Counted from the whole stretch's first letter, positions 47,039 to 61,095 are shown. The stretch: DNA of 62,108 bases, filler included, from Dimorphilus gyrociliatus (GCA_904063045.1; 4 parts of 4 records of this genome joined end to end with filler, not necessarily neighbours in it); one strand, 5' to 3'. Made by a program: numbers and translations. The notes: generated by a model from the letters alone, not told the origin.

Positions 47039-50000
47039 ATTTGAAAATTTTCCAATGTCGCTTTAGAATCATTTATGATTGAAAATATACGAATGTAGCA
47101 AAAGGCAATTACAATGTAGACAATGAGAAAGAGGATATTGAATACAAAAAATGAAAAGAACCATCCATCTGATTTGTCATTTCTCATATGAATATTAAAG
47201 CAAATAGATGTTTTTGAATAGAAATTCTTTAAAAGATCATTATGGTCAGTCTTTTTGCCTTTTTCTTAATTCAATATAACCTACTTGATAGAGTAATGAA
47301 GGTATAATTGTTATCAATAACCCAGAAACAGTTGTCAATATCATAAAGTGTAGCTTCTTCTGTTTAAGGATTGTTAATCCAAAATTTTGAATTGCAAACA
47401 TTCGTTCCAAAGTCAAAAATAGAATACTTAGTGATGGAGTACCAATCCGAATGTCAGTATATTTCCCAAAAATGTACACAATTTGCTAAATCTCCAATTG
47501 TGCTCACGGTGCAGGTAATTATTTGAATAATACGAATCAGCTGAAGCTATTATTAAAAGATAAACAGATGTAAATAGGTCACCAATAGTTAGCGTTGATT
47601 GGTAGGAAATGAAAAGTTTATGCTTAATATTAAAGAAGAATGTTGCAAAGGCTATTGTATTTCCTAAAATACCATTTACACCATAAAACCAAAACAGCAC
47701 TCTAGTTATGGTATTTGGCAATAAACTGGTACATGTTTGAAATTCAATGGGAACTGGTAAACATGTTATATTATCGCTAATAATATTCCATGCTAAACAA
47801 CAAAGAGTGTATTGTAGACTAAATAATTTTGTCAAACTGCTCAAATATTCAGAGACTATTTTTTCAGGATTAGAAAATAGATTTGTGTTATTCAAGTGCA
47901 ATTCAATCAAATTTTTCAACTGGTTGAAAAATTCCTGTTCAATTGCACTAATTCTGCAATTTGTCATTTTTAATATTCTCAACTCTTGCAATTGGACTTT
48001 TTCATTGAATTTTATAATTGATATTGAAGTATGTGAAATATCTAAGTAATATAACATTATAGGATTAATGGCTGACAAAAATTCCATGTTCCTTATTGGA
48101 TTAGAAGAAAGGTCAATGTACTGCAACAGTTTTGGTTTATCTGCAAATCCAGTTGGAAATTTTGAAATGTTATTGTTTTTTAAACTAGCAACAACCAAAT
48201 TTGGAAAATAGTGAAAGAAAAAGATGGCATATTGAGTTTTTTCCATTTCTATAACATGCAAATTAATTGAATTATTGTCATCTATGTCTAATTCAAATCT
48301 TCCAACTATTGATAATTTTTTAGTGTGTTGATAGAGAACAATATGGGATATAGATTGATCAGTTGTCAAATTTTTGCCATTGCAAATCTGATGGTATTGA
48401 TTTCTTTGAACACAAAATTCAGATGATGTGGAATGTTTATGAAAGCAGAGTTGTTCATCACCACCATAAAAACAGTCAATAATACCATTGCACACCTTTT
48501 CCAATGGGATAAAATGTCCATCTCCTTTACATTTAAAGAAACCTTGTGGTTGAAAGTTTCCTATGAAATAAAAACTTTATGTCTTTGTTTGTTTGTTTGT
48601 TTTTTGAAAATTTAAAAAACAACAAATTGTCTATAATTTATTACCATCACAAGAACTTTCATCGTCGCCATAGGAACAATGATTGATACCGTCGCAAAAC
48701 TGTTCAATGGATATACAGAAATTGATGTGAGAACAAAGATATTCTCCTGGATTGCAGATAATATTTTGCAATTTATGAATTCTTCAAATGGAAAATTTGG
48801 TCTAGTTTTCAAATTTCCCTGAGAATCATATACAACTCTACATCTTGTTTCTGAACTTTTCGGTTTATCTTTTAAGTTTTGGCATCTTGGATGAAAAAGA
48901 TATTTCAAAGATGGAAAACAATTTCGTGCGTCTTCATCAATTCTACTTTTGCAATTATAGTAAAAGTCGCATTGAAATCTTTTCGGTAGAAAATCGTTAT
49001 CGCAAGATCTTTCCAAATTTTCTGATGTAAAAAATTCAAATGATTTGAACAATATTTTGTAATGACGTCATACTTACTTGGATAATAGTTTCTCTTTTTA
49101 GCATAAATGTAATTTTCATCACTTTTATCAAAGCAATTGATTTCATCATCACCGAATTTGTGATACTCTATACACTGGTCATTTAAGCAGTGTCTATAAA
49201 TGTTAGTTATAGATTCCTTCTTCAATAATTCAAATGATTGTATTACCTGGAATCTTTTAAGCAATTCTTGAACTCTGTGATATAGAAAGTTTAATGTGTT
49301 TTTTTAACAGGTGAAAATTTATTTGCAGCCATAAATTATCTCCATCTTGCTGTATTGCAACTAGTCCTTCTACAAATACTCTACTCTCTTCCATTACTTT
49401 TAAAACTGCTTCTGCATAACATTTCACAAATAATGTAAAGAATAACAGCAGAAAATGCCTCATTTGTATTCACCAGACTCTTTCAAGATGGAAATGCAAT
49501 TTATAATTTGTCATGTAATTTAAAAGGTGATGTAACCTTTTAAAATTTGAAATTTAATCTGGCTCCACCTTTTATAACATTTTACTTTGATCTTTTATGT
49601 AAATAAAACTCTGAAAACAAAGGTTTACAGTCTCATCAGAAAGAGTAAAAAAAACAAATTTAAATATTTCTGCTAATTGATAAAATAATCTTTCCTTTGA
49701 GGAAAAAACCAATTGAAGATAATCTGATACAATATATCTATTTTTCTAAAATTATCTAGCTCATAAAACTTCTCACAACTTAAATCTGTCTACAATTGAA
49801 ATTGAAACCATATCACTCTATTGTAAAAGGTCAAAAGCAGAAGCTATAAATGTAGATGAATCCTTTCAATTGATATTTTATTAAGAGCACTTACAAGTTG
49901 TATTTTTGAATGATAATCACAAGATCTGGCAATAAGAAGGAAGAGAAGATGTATGGTGTCATGATGTGTCTCACTTTTTAACTGAGATGTTTATTATCTC

Positions 50001-51311
50001 TAGCAGAGCATGACAACCATCCTGATGGACAGTTTTATTGTAATGGTCAAAGAAGATATGGACAGATGTCTAAACAGGATAAAGTGAACTTTAAATCTTT
50101 GGAAATATCATTCTATCAGCAAAATTATGAATATGGAAGATAATTGAAATATTAATAGAGTTTTTACATATGTTTTACATGTGGGGATTGACACATTGTG
50201 GACTTGAACAGTTGGGTTTTTAACAATTAAACTTGGTGGCACTCTGTCAACATTCAAACTTTCACCATAACTTTCATTGTAGTAGAATCATGTTATTCGT
50301 ATACTTTTACAATTATACAAAAGAATACCGTCATCATCACGTGACACCTATTGGAATGAGCAGTCTTTTTAGAGGTTTGCTTAGATTCCTTATCTTCTCA
50401 GTATCATCTTTCAACTTGAAAGATTGTATGATATTTTCAACAAATCTACCTTCCTGATACGGAGATATGCCAACAAGTTGATTATTGCATAATTCTCCCG
50501 TTTTCGTAATAGCATTTTCCAACATAGGAGAAAGTCTCATCACAACTATTCGCTGGTGGACAATCTAATCAATTAAGACTCTTTTACTCTTACGGCTTCA
50601 GAAAACTGGTAATGTTTATTGGAAATTTTTTCTCTAACCTCGTTTTTTCTGATATCATCTTATTTTTATAAACGAAACGTAAAATCTATTTAGCCAGCCT
50701 TCATTGAAATAGTCAAGAATACAATCCTCCAGACGTGTTCAGCCAATCAACTACAGTTAATTGCAATGTAGACAAAATCTTTGTTTTGTCTTGTTTCAAC
50801 ATTATAGACATCGCCGCCTTGGAATCCGAATGATTTGCATATAATTTGCACTTGGTGATGATTGAACATTAAGCGCGAAACTGGTAATGAGTGGCCGTTG
50901 AAAATCACTTGAAGTTTCCCATTGATAGAGTCTTCACTCTTCCTTTTCGTAAAGGTCGTATACGTTGTATTCAATACTGATGTTACATCTGAAATTGATG
51001 GAATTTCTCTCTCATAAAATCAGTCAGTCAGTCAGCAAATATGTTGACAAACCTGTGAGATTAATGTTTGTTTTGGCGGTCTTTAACGGACAACTGATGG
51101 TAAATATTATATGATAAAGGAAAATATACTTTTTTATAGTTTCTGCGCATTTGTCACTGTCATCAACTTGATTTTGGCATTTGTATACCAAAATTGTGTT
51201 TAGTTTCAAGTAATACGTATCCCTATAGGAGAATGACACGAATGGAAGGCTCTTTGGGTAGGGAGCGGTACGCAAACGTTTAGAATACGGAAAATCGAGC
51301 GTAAATATCAT
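47039..51311 (-). CDS. Multidomain receptor: SRCR-like / lectin-like / LDLa repeats / LRR / 7TM (GRL101-like), frameshifted, 3' end in gap
   Basis: IICKSFGFQGG (SRCR-like), NCPSGW, FQCDFYYNCKSRIDED and VCNGIIDCFYGGDEQLC (LDLa), LQYIDLSSNP etc. (LRR), GILGN...LTIGDLFTSVYLLIIA...WRFSKLC...TLERMFAI (TM1-3). Confidence 0.8.
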
Positions 51312-52193
51312 TCAAGAAAATTGAATAAATGTAAATGAACACCAGTTAGATAAGTTGTTTTTAGACATTATCAATCTTGAATAAAAATAAATAAAAAGTA
51401 TGATAAAATAGAAAATTTGTAAAAGGTTTTGCCAAGATAGGAAACGGCATTAATTAGGAAATAGACAGGTAGTAATTAGGCCTAATGGGTTGATTGAGAC
51501 ACGGTTAAATAATTCACCAGTTTAAATCCCAAGTTTTTTGTGAAATGAATTCTGATCAAGTGGGAAAAATGATAACACGCCCAACATACAATCTATACAA
51601 TGTATGATCCCACAAAACTAGAGACACTACCAGTCTCATCAATCTTCTTTCAAAGAGATGACAACAACTTTTATTGACAATGGGAAGGGAATAATAGTAA
51701 AAAATTGTTTGTTCATAGATGAATGATGGTATTGAACAACAGGAGGATGGAATGTTTCATAAGAGTCAAAGGTTAACCCTAACCTTCAATTTTTATTCCA
51801 ATGTATTTGGAGGGGAATATTACCTAAGAACAAAAATTTTACCAAGTTTTTCTGTTTCATGCTAATACTAAATGAGCCTTGGCTCCCTTATTGACCTAGT
51901 TGACAAACTTTTCTTTTAACCCAAAATAGTAGCCCAAAACTAACTTAGTTTACTGCTTCTAAAATGCCTTCAGGCCTCAATTCTGTTTTCAGTTGAAAAA
52001 ATATCAAGGAAGTTGTCTGCGATTCAATACTTTTATTCTCAAATTTTCAAAAAACACACAACAAAAATGAATGATATAAAGAAAAGACAAATCTTAATCT
52101 TATTGCTTATTGTATCATGAATCTTTCATTGTCAATGAGACAACAGTCAATTTTATTGATTAAATTGAATGGTCTAGTGATGACAATTTCTTA

Positions 52194-53513
52194 TCAGATA
52201 CTATTAGTAGCAGAAATATCACAAACTGACACTTTTGTCAAAGGATTTAATTCTTTGTCATAATTCAATAACCATTTTAAATAAATCATTTTACAGATTG
52301 ATTGACCACAATCACAGTGATATAGACATGTATCTTGAGTAGATATATAGGTACATTGTAAGAATTCTCCACTCCATAGATCATTATAATTCAGATATTG
52401 ATCATTAGCCTTATTGTATACAATCAGGTATGGTTTTTTTAATGATGTATCTTGACATTCAAAATTATCTCCCCTAACTTCTATAAACACTTTTGAACTA
52501 TTTGGTTTAAAAATTTGATATAGAAATTTTTGTTCAAAAGTTGTTGCTGTTAGATTAGAACAAGTTGAATATCTGTAAGGGATTGATAAACCTCCTAATT
52601 GGCAAATATTATCAATCATTTTATAAGAATATCTTCCCAAGTGAACATTTTTCTCTGCAATCACTGAAATATATTAACGAAACCTTAACATTTAGTTTAG
52701 AAAGATCAACAATAGACTTACAAGGTGATATGAAAGCTGATTTTATTTTATCATTAAAACTGTCCCCTGGATATGGGTAATTATAAAAATAAACAATTCC
52801 CCCATTTTCAATAGAATATTGAAATTGGATGGATTTACATATAGAATTTTGTAAAACACTATTAACAATCCAAATATACATTCCTGGAAGAAAATCATAA
52901 TCAAAAATTATTTTCTTCTAAATGATGGGTCTGGGAGAAAATAGCCCAGTTTTTCATGTTTTACCCTAACCCTAACCCACCAGTTATGAAGATTGTTTCC
53001 ACTTTCTGCTTCATAACCCTCAGTTCAGCCCTTCATCAACTGAAAATAATTAAAATGAAAAGTTTCCTAACCCTAGAAATACCCAAAAACTTACCCTAAA
53101 TTTTAGCCTACTGGGCCGTTTTCTCCCAACCCCTATTTCTATTGACTTACCATTAACTTCAGCTTTTGTATGCTTATTACCATACTCACATTTCTGATAC
53201 TTTTTAACTAAGGTTTCCTTTAAACTTCCAGAAATTTTTCCTTCAGTATATAGAGTTATTTCTCCTTAATTTAAACAACAATACTTATCACTACTAAATT
53301 CACTATAGTTGACAAACACCTACCTCCTGGAAGAAAACAACTTATAGCAGCAGCAATATCTGAACAACAACCTAAATTTTCACATTGATTCGAGGTAATA
53401 CCATCCCAGCCACATTCAACCCTTTCATCTTTGGGTTGGCTACATATTTTACCACTCACAAGGAATGAAAAGACATGGAATGATAGCAGTAGTGAGAAGA
53501 TAATATTTTCCAT
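52194..53513 (-). CDS. Secreted protein with N-terminal trefoil (P-type) domain and Cys-rich C-terminal region
   Basis: Signal peptide + CSQPKDERVECGWDGITSNQCENLGCC...SCF. Downstream exons 52194-52881 are inferred to belong to the same gene. Confidence 0.7.
52927..53133. mobile_element. Related MITE in the trefoil gene intron
   Basis: TIRs GGGTCTGGGAGAAAATAGCCCAG / (rc) GGGGTTGGGAGAAAACGGCCCAG; CCCTAACCCTAACCC near the left end. No clean TSD. Confidence 0.65.
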
Positions 53514-54576
53514 TTATAAAGACTGAGGGAATTCACAATTTCAAATGACTGTTTGCAATTACCTTAATTACTCTAAATAAAGTTGCACATATTGGACTAA
53601 TCAGTATGAAAATATTTACAAAAGCCCACCTTTTTTTATCATTAAATACCTATTGATCATTTATCCAGCTTTCTTTTTGTATTCTATTTGAATTTAAAAA
53701 GATAAGAAAACAAAATGAATTTAAAGTGTTTGATTTAGCAAAATATTTACATAGCTAAGTGAATTCGTTTAGTGATTCAGATTAATAATCATTGATAATC
53801 CATGATTTAGAGTTACAATTCATTATTACAATTTTCATTTACATGTTGAATAATTTCAAAAAATCTCTTGACCTTTTTACGGATAGGTCTTAGGGTTAGG
53901 AATTTGCCAATCTGACTATTTGTCCCTTTTTCAAGTGAACTGAAAAATGACTGTTCAATTGCCACCAGACTGATCTCTGAGCAGTTTATTGTACATAAGG
54001 AATGGATACTAGTTCTATGCCACACAATTTCGCTACAAATCACCTCGTTTTGATGATCAATATAGTCAGTTGACCACTAAAAATATGGAACAATTTTCAA
54101 CTAGCTCCGATTTCAATGAAATTTTGTACAGCGTTAAATCTCGACGAACCAGGCCACTGTACAAAATTTGAGTCAAATCGACTAAGCTGTTGCAGAGCTA
54201 TGGAATTTTGAAGTTGTCTGTTGGCACAGCCTTATAATCTCTCACCTAACCCTGACAAATTCTATATTCCTTCCTATGTGGCCATCACCTAATAAAAAGC
54301 CTCATAATTAAGATATCAGTTGTTAGACACTATAGTTTTTAGGCTTAACATATACCCTGAAAAAGCAAAAAGTTGTTATTGTTGTTGTCTATAAGGCACT
54401 AAAAATGAGCCACACCCTTTTGTCCCACACTTGCCACATGTCAACAATTATCAATTTTATTTACATCTAATTATCTATTTGTTATTTATAGTATTTTATG
54501 TTTAAAAAAAAATAATATTTAAGGACTTTTTCAAAAAAATTTTCTACTTTTAATTTCAATTGAGAGGAAAAGAAGT

Positions 54577-55115
54577 ATGAATAATTCTACAGATTATCCA
54601 TCATTTCCAGATATACCAGGTACAATGGACTGGTATATTGCTGTTAGAACAATAGCATCAATTTGTTTTATTATGGGTATGTTTGGAAATCTTACCAGTT
54701 ATGTAATCTTTACAAAAAGTAAGATAAGTGGAACAACAACTTCAATCTATCTTCGGGCTTTGGCGATGGCTGACTCTCTCACTTTGATAGTTTGGTTCTT
54801 TCTTTACATGTTTGATACAATTGAATTAAAGATTTCAACAATCATCATGATATTCTATACTTTTCTTGTATGGCAAAGAATGGACTTGGCAAAATGAGCC
54901 AACAAGCTAGCACATTAATTCTCTGTGCAATGACAATTGATAGAAGTCTATTTATACTTTTTCCAACTGTAGCCAAATCTTTGACTTCAAAGAAAAGCAC
55001 AATTCTAATAATTCTAGCAATATGTGTTTTATCAGTTGCAGGCTACTCAACAATTTTTGTTATGTTCAACAAAGTTGTAGTTATTGATAATCCATTGCAA
55101 AAAAATTCTGGATAA
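54577..55115 (+). pseudogene. Rhodopsin-class peptide-receptor-like GPCR, TM1-TM4 only
   Basis: GMFGNLTSYVIF, YLRALAMADSL, AMTIDRSLFILFP. One frameshift; no TM5-7 recognised. Confidence 0.75.
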
Positions 55116-55475
55116 GAACAAGTTTATAGTTGGGTGGGTAGATAGAGTGTGTTCTGCATACTGAATATCTTTACTGACTCAGGGTTAAATTCACTAGGAC
55201 AACAAATATTTTCTCTTGAATTGAAATCATGAATGGGCCACTTGTGAAGATGCAAAAAATCTTCTTTCGTTATTCAGTAAAAAAATATTGTCACTCCTTG
55301 GCCAACTTTCGTTGGGGATTGATAAACATTTTTTCTTGCTGTTGCCTATTCTTCTCCCAATGTTAACCTAGGGTTAGATAGGAAAAACCTTTCTCTATAT
55401 AATTGGTTCTTTTCAGCGGTTTGTCTTTCAAAACATTAAAACTCTATTTACATATGTAAAAGTGTTTTATTAAAA

Positions 55476-55516
55476 AACGCAACGTTTCGCCAGACTCGCT
55501 GACTTCATCAGGTGTA
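55476..55516 (-). ncRNA. Minimal Penelope-type hammerhead ribozyme motif
   Basis: Minus strand reads ACAC-CUGAUGA-A-GUCAG(CGAGU)CUGGC-GAAAC-GUU-GCGU, followed by AAUAAA. Confidence 0.55.
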
Positions 55517-56399
55517 ATGAATGCTAAACTAAAGTTCTTAACATATATATGTGAAATCTTTAAACAATTACTAAAAAGTGGTGATGAGCCTAAAAACCTA
55601 AAGCTTATGATATATCTATATACTTAGGGTAGTGTCTAGCATAAGGCCTGTAGACCTATGTCAAGCTATCGACCCTCCCTATATATATATCAGACACACT
55701 TGTTACTTAAGGTTAGATACACACTGAAAGCTGTTACTCAATGGTCATACTTGTACTGTTCTTGTTGCTATGTCATCAGGATGTATTTGTGATATTTTTC
55801 AATTGATAAATGATCAACTGAGCATTTAATTTTCATATTAATTGTTGCCATTGTCAAAATTGCAGTAGAATAAATAATCAGAAGGTACAGCTTTAAAGGC
55901 AAAATCTTGTCTCAACAAGTGTGAAGAGAACCTGTACTGCAATGATCTACCTACTCACCAATCAAAATCTCATACTATATTTGGAGGTATTCCTCCTTTT
56001 TCAAGTGAGAGAAAAAGTTGATATCAGCTTGCCACCAGACTGATCTTCTGGAAGGCTTACTGTACCATAGGTTCAGAACCAGTTGAACCCACCTAATAAA
56101 GCTAAAATTCTTTCTAGTACTCCCAGTTAACAGTTGACCATTGAAAATATCAAAATTTTAGGGTTAGGTTAGGGTTTATGAAGGTTTTTTTTGACAAAAG
56201 TCAAAAAAAGAGAAACAAAATTCTCAAATTGATTTTGGGAAGCAGTCAAAGAAAAAATACACCAATATCTACATTTAAAGCAGTGTTAAATATTCAATTG
56301 GCTATCTTTATTGCAGCGTTGACTCCTTAATCTTCAAACTACACATGAAGGCTGAGAAAATACATATACAATATAAATAAGATATATGGAAAAGTCTAT

Positions 56400-56757
56400 T
56401 ATATAAGCAAGATATACTAAAACTGACATTTTACTGAATGATGGATATTCTTTTGTTTTTAAACATAAAACATCATCAAGTACTATTTTGGTATGCAGTG
56501 TGAGAAGTAAGAAGAAAAGTTGTGTGGCCAGAATAAGACAAAATGGAAATTTATCTCTCAAAGGCAATTTGGAACATAATCACAACAGAAAAAAGAATTT
56601 AAAAGTGGATATTAAAGTGAAAACAGATTTAAAAATTGTTTGCAGAAGTGATAATCAAACATCTGGAAGAAGTACCGCTGAAAAAGTTGTTCTGTCCTAT
56701 GAACCCAATGCTACTTGTCTTCCTGACATCAGCTATTTAAAGAGAATAGCAAACTAA
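56400..56757 (+). pseudogene. FLYWCH-type zinc finger, probably a MULE remnant
   Basis: LLNDGYSFVFKHK...LVCSVRSKKKSCVARI...EHNH. Confidence 0.6.
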
Positions 56758-57310
56758 AATAGACAAAAGTTTAGGCCAATGTAACCTAAAATGTATAATT
56801 TCAATTTAGATGAAACATTTTTTATTTAAATGAATTTTTGCAGAAAGATATTTCCATAAAAATGGAGTAAGAATTTTAATCTTTGATGAAATTGATGAAA
56901 TAATTGTGCAAAAAAGTTGATGATTAAAGAAATTACATGTTCACTTTGCCGTCATAAATGTAAAGGTGATATTTATTATGTAGCAATGCACATTTACCTA
57001 GCTTTTCTTAATATTACAGAAATGATAGATGATAAGTGTTCATCATGCAAAAGTTTGAGTGACAGCTATTGTCTCATCAGTTTGTCAAATGTGATTAATG
57101 ATGATCCCATTGTAAAGCTGCTCTGAGTTGTACTTATAATAATTTAGTTAAAGAACATTGTAGTCTGAAAGAAGTTAACAATACTTGCAATTTGGAGGAT
57201 TATCTGTTGTATGAAAATGAAACTGAGCATGGTGAGAATACTAAAGGTTCAGAGGAATTTCATATTGTCATTGGTGGAAGCCAAAAAGGAAAAAATGTTT
57301 TGAAAAAGAG

Positions 57311-58110
57311 TGTTCATTTGTTCACAAAAAGTACAATCCTGTATTGAATTCTCAATCATGATCTTTAATTTTGGATGCCAAAAGGTTTTTGTAATTATTT
57401 GTAATGTCATTCTGGGTCCTTGATGATTGATTGTGCATTTTATTTTTATGGAATTTTGGGATCAAAATTAGTATCAACTGGTCAGGTAGAACTAAGATGT
57501 TTCTTTTTCCCACAACAATCCATATCGTTTCATTGTGAACAAACATGTCCATTACAAATGGGGTAAAAGTTCCAAAGCAGGGGAGAGGTGGTTGTCCATC
57601 AAATATTAAATACTCTTTAATTGATTTTAAATTGATATCTTTCTCTTGTTCTTATCTTCATAATCATTTCCAGAAGCCACAACTAATAGATCTTGTGTGT
57701 GTTCATATACTTTCATTTTCACTGAGGTAGGAAGAGGCATTTCCTCCTCAGTTTTCCTTTGAACTAGATCTTCAAATGTTAGGCATTTGTATGAATTCAA
57801 ATAAGCCAAAAGGTGTCTTGAATGCTGTTTTAGGCCTATCTTCTTCCTTGATATTAATATGGTGGTATGGACTTGTCAAATCCATTATAGAAAAGAAGTT
57901 ATTTCCTCCTCCCAGATGATCAAATAGACCCTCTTGATTTGGCAGTGGATACTTGTTCTTGATAGTCATGTTGTTGAATTTTCTGTAATCTACACACATT
58001 TGTAGACTACCTTCCTTCTTTCTTGCAAAGATAATTGGTGAAGCCCAGTGTACACTTAGAAATAGTGGTAACCATAACCCTAACTCAGTTTCATTTTGAT
58101 AAATTCCCCT
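57311..58110 (-). mobile_element. pol: Internally deleted gypsy pol remnant, sister of the env-bearing element
   Basis: WASPIIFARKKEGSLQMCVDYRK...KTAFKTPFGLFEFIQMP is fused at ~57781 to TFEDLVQ...FHKNKMHN...QDCTFCEQMN, which is homologous to 18752-19250. Confidence 0.88.
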
Positions 58111-58389
58111 TCGATTTGTCATTAAATCATTATGTCTGTGCACATACATTCTTCAGCTCCGTTCTACAGAAAAGTTGCTGAAATAGTTGCAAAATCACTT
58201 TGAAGGTTCCATTCTTAAATAAAATTTTTGTTCGTTTCCTTAAATATTAAAGTTAAGTTGTAAATTGCAATATTTAGCTTAAAAATATGTTGCCGTGCCT
58301 TTCTGAGGCACCAGCCTATGCAAAAGTAGGTCAAGCCTTCTCATCTGTGCAATTAGTACAGATATACAAGACAATATCTCCCAAGTTCC

Positions 58390-58489
58390 NNNNNNNNNNN
58401 NNNNNNNNNNNNNNNNNNNNNNNNNNNNNNNNNTTAATTAATTAANNNNNNNNNNNNNNNNNNNNNNNNNNNNNNNNNNNNNNNNNNNN
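58390..58489. other. Artificial scaffold spacer
   Basis: N44-TTAATTAATTAA-N44. Confidence 0.97.
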
Positions 58490-58975
58490 ATTTAAAAAAT
58501 TGAATGTTTTTTTATGAAAATGAAATAAATTATTTCAAATGCTGTTATTTTATAATCATGTTGACAAAAATATTTCTATCAGTTCAATTTTCAAGTATGT
58601 TATAACAATCTAGAAATCATTAGCTATGCTCTTTAAAATGCTATTAATATACTAAGTATTGTTTTACAGATCATGGAAAATCTGTATTCACTATTGTTTC
58701 TACCCTTACACTTTACCATTATACAATTTTTTTTTGAATGTGACCTTAAACTCGACCCCTATAAGTGGAGATTTTTGACGTGTTTATATTGTACAACTTT
58801 CTTTCTACAGTACAAATATTGATACAAAGATTATATTTATTTCATTATTAATAATGTGTAATCTCTGTAATAGTAGTAAGAAATTTGAATATTGATATCC
58901 AAAAGATCAAATCAATGTGAAGACTTTTAATTAAATAAACAGAATCAACTTTTAACTTTACAATTTAACATTCAA

Positions 58976-61095
58976 ATGGAAAAGAGAAGAAAACTGATAA
59001 CATTTTTGACAATTTCTATTAATGTAATAATTTCCATTAGCAGAAAGGAAATAAAAAGTTCACTTAAAAATAAAATACAATTCAATGAAAGTAATTTTTT
59101 CATGACAAATATCATTAAAAATGAAGACACTGTTAGAGGTGTTTTAAAAATAAGATTGGATAGTAATGATACAGATGGATTTTCTGTGAAATATGATTTT
59201 AATATACCAGTAATAATATTAAATACAATCTGCAAAAAACTGGGCTATAATTCACCCCATTCCTTATCATTGCCATGGAATGTAAGAGAAGAAACAAAAG
59301 GACTTGCTCATATTAGATATGAACAGAATACTTCTACAGTTTCATATTTGTAAATATTTCAGAATGCTGACAAGAGACAAACTTTTAATGATAATATTTG
59401 ACTTAATAGAGAAATTTCTGAAAAATTGAATGAACATGGGACACATCTTACTTGTTATTTTGGAAGTTTGAACTTAAATTTATTTTGACTTTTTTTAAAA
59501 ATTTAAATATTGATAATTTCAGATATTTTTGCTGTAAAATCAAAAACAGAAGACATATATAATTTATATCACAAAAAAAAAATTAAATTTTATCAAATAT
59601 TTCATTTTATTCTTGCTAACCGCTTACAAGTTGCCTGTTCAAAAAGCAACTTTATCCTTCAAATTCCTTTACCTTCGCAATTAATATCCAAAGAAGAGGT
59701 GTATGTTTCTGTGGATGAATCTGGTGTTCTAATACCAAAATCACAAACAATTTCTCTAATACCAACCACATGCACTTTTTCTGAAATAGCTGGTTATTGA
59801 AAGATATTTTCTTGTAGCAAAAAATGTTAAAATTTGTTTGAAAACATTTTAGATTATAAAATTAAGCACATCAATGATGCAGATAAAGTAGATAAATATT
59901 ATTTATCATCATTAAAAGTTCAGAACTTTAGTTATTATTTGAAATCGCAAACGTTCCAACCATCTCCATTACTTTTTAAGAAAAGCTTTCGGAAAGATAT
60001 TTGGTATTGCATTGAACTATGCTACTATTTTTCTTCAACATTAATAGAAGGCAGTTGCTCAGTAGAGCATTACAAGAAAGATTCAATTTCAGTATAGATG
60101 AATTATTAATTTAAAACCATTCAAAACATTTTCTAATGAATAATGAATATCTTTTTTTAGAAAGGGACACCTATCCTTGACAAGTGTACTTTTCACAGTA
60201 GGCTTTTGGAATGTCAGTTATCAAATGTTGATAGATTAATACAAGAGGATTACACTTTTACAATTTCACCAATTTGTGAAAAAAAATTTAATAGTATAGT
60301 TAAATTTTATGACAAAATTCATTTCTTTAATACTAAAGTAGGTTACAGATTAATGTCTCCATCTAGCACAGCATTGTATCCTGGAGAACCTCATTCTATG
60401 AAAAAGTTTAAGGGTGCACTTTATGTCATGAAATTTGAGTGGGTTAGCTTAACACTTTTACGTTATTATGAAACTCAATTGATTTGTAAATATTTTGGTT
60501 TCAAATATGGAACAATTGTAAAAGTAGTAGATGAAACAGTAACAACACTAAAATATCAACAAACTTTAATATGCAATAGAAATGCTACTGAACTTTCACA
60601 CTGTGAATATAGGTCAATGTAATTATTATTGAAATTTTATGTATAAAGTCTTTTCTCATCAAAAAAATATCTTGATATTTTAGTCATATCTCGGATAAGA
60701 AAGACACACATCAAAATCCAGTAGACTGGTTGGAATGTTCAAACACAGTTATAAATGGTACTTTGGTGTCACAAAAAAAAATTTGCTATTAATAGTTTTC
60801 TATTAAAGAATGTACAGGTGAAATGGTTGTCCTAGTAAATGATGTTTGTTACTATTTATTTCATCAGAGAAAAATTAGTCATTGGTTGCAGCTGGAAAAT
60901 TTTTGTGAATCAAAAAATTTAACATTATCAGATATTCCATCATTATCAAGAAATGCTATACTTAGATATTTGTCAATGATAAATTTCATCTTTGTAGGAA
61001 ATCAAGCTGGGGATATAACATATGATGGACCATGTAAGAAGAATAAGACTAATATATGCTTTAGGCTTATATATATATATATAGGACTAAAATAA
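58976..61095 (+). CDS. Extracellular multidomain protein fragments (SRCR-like x2, C-type-lectin-like)
   Basis: TICKKLGY; LICKYFGFKYG...LICNRNATELSHC; VCYYLF...SHWLQLENFCESKNLTL. Fragmented, and resembles the N-terminus of the 47039-51311 receptor. Confidence 0.5.
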
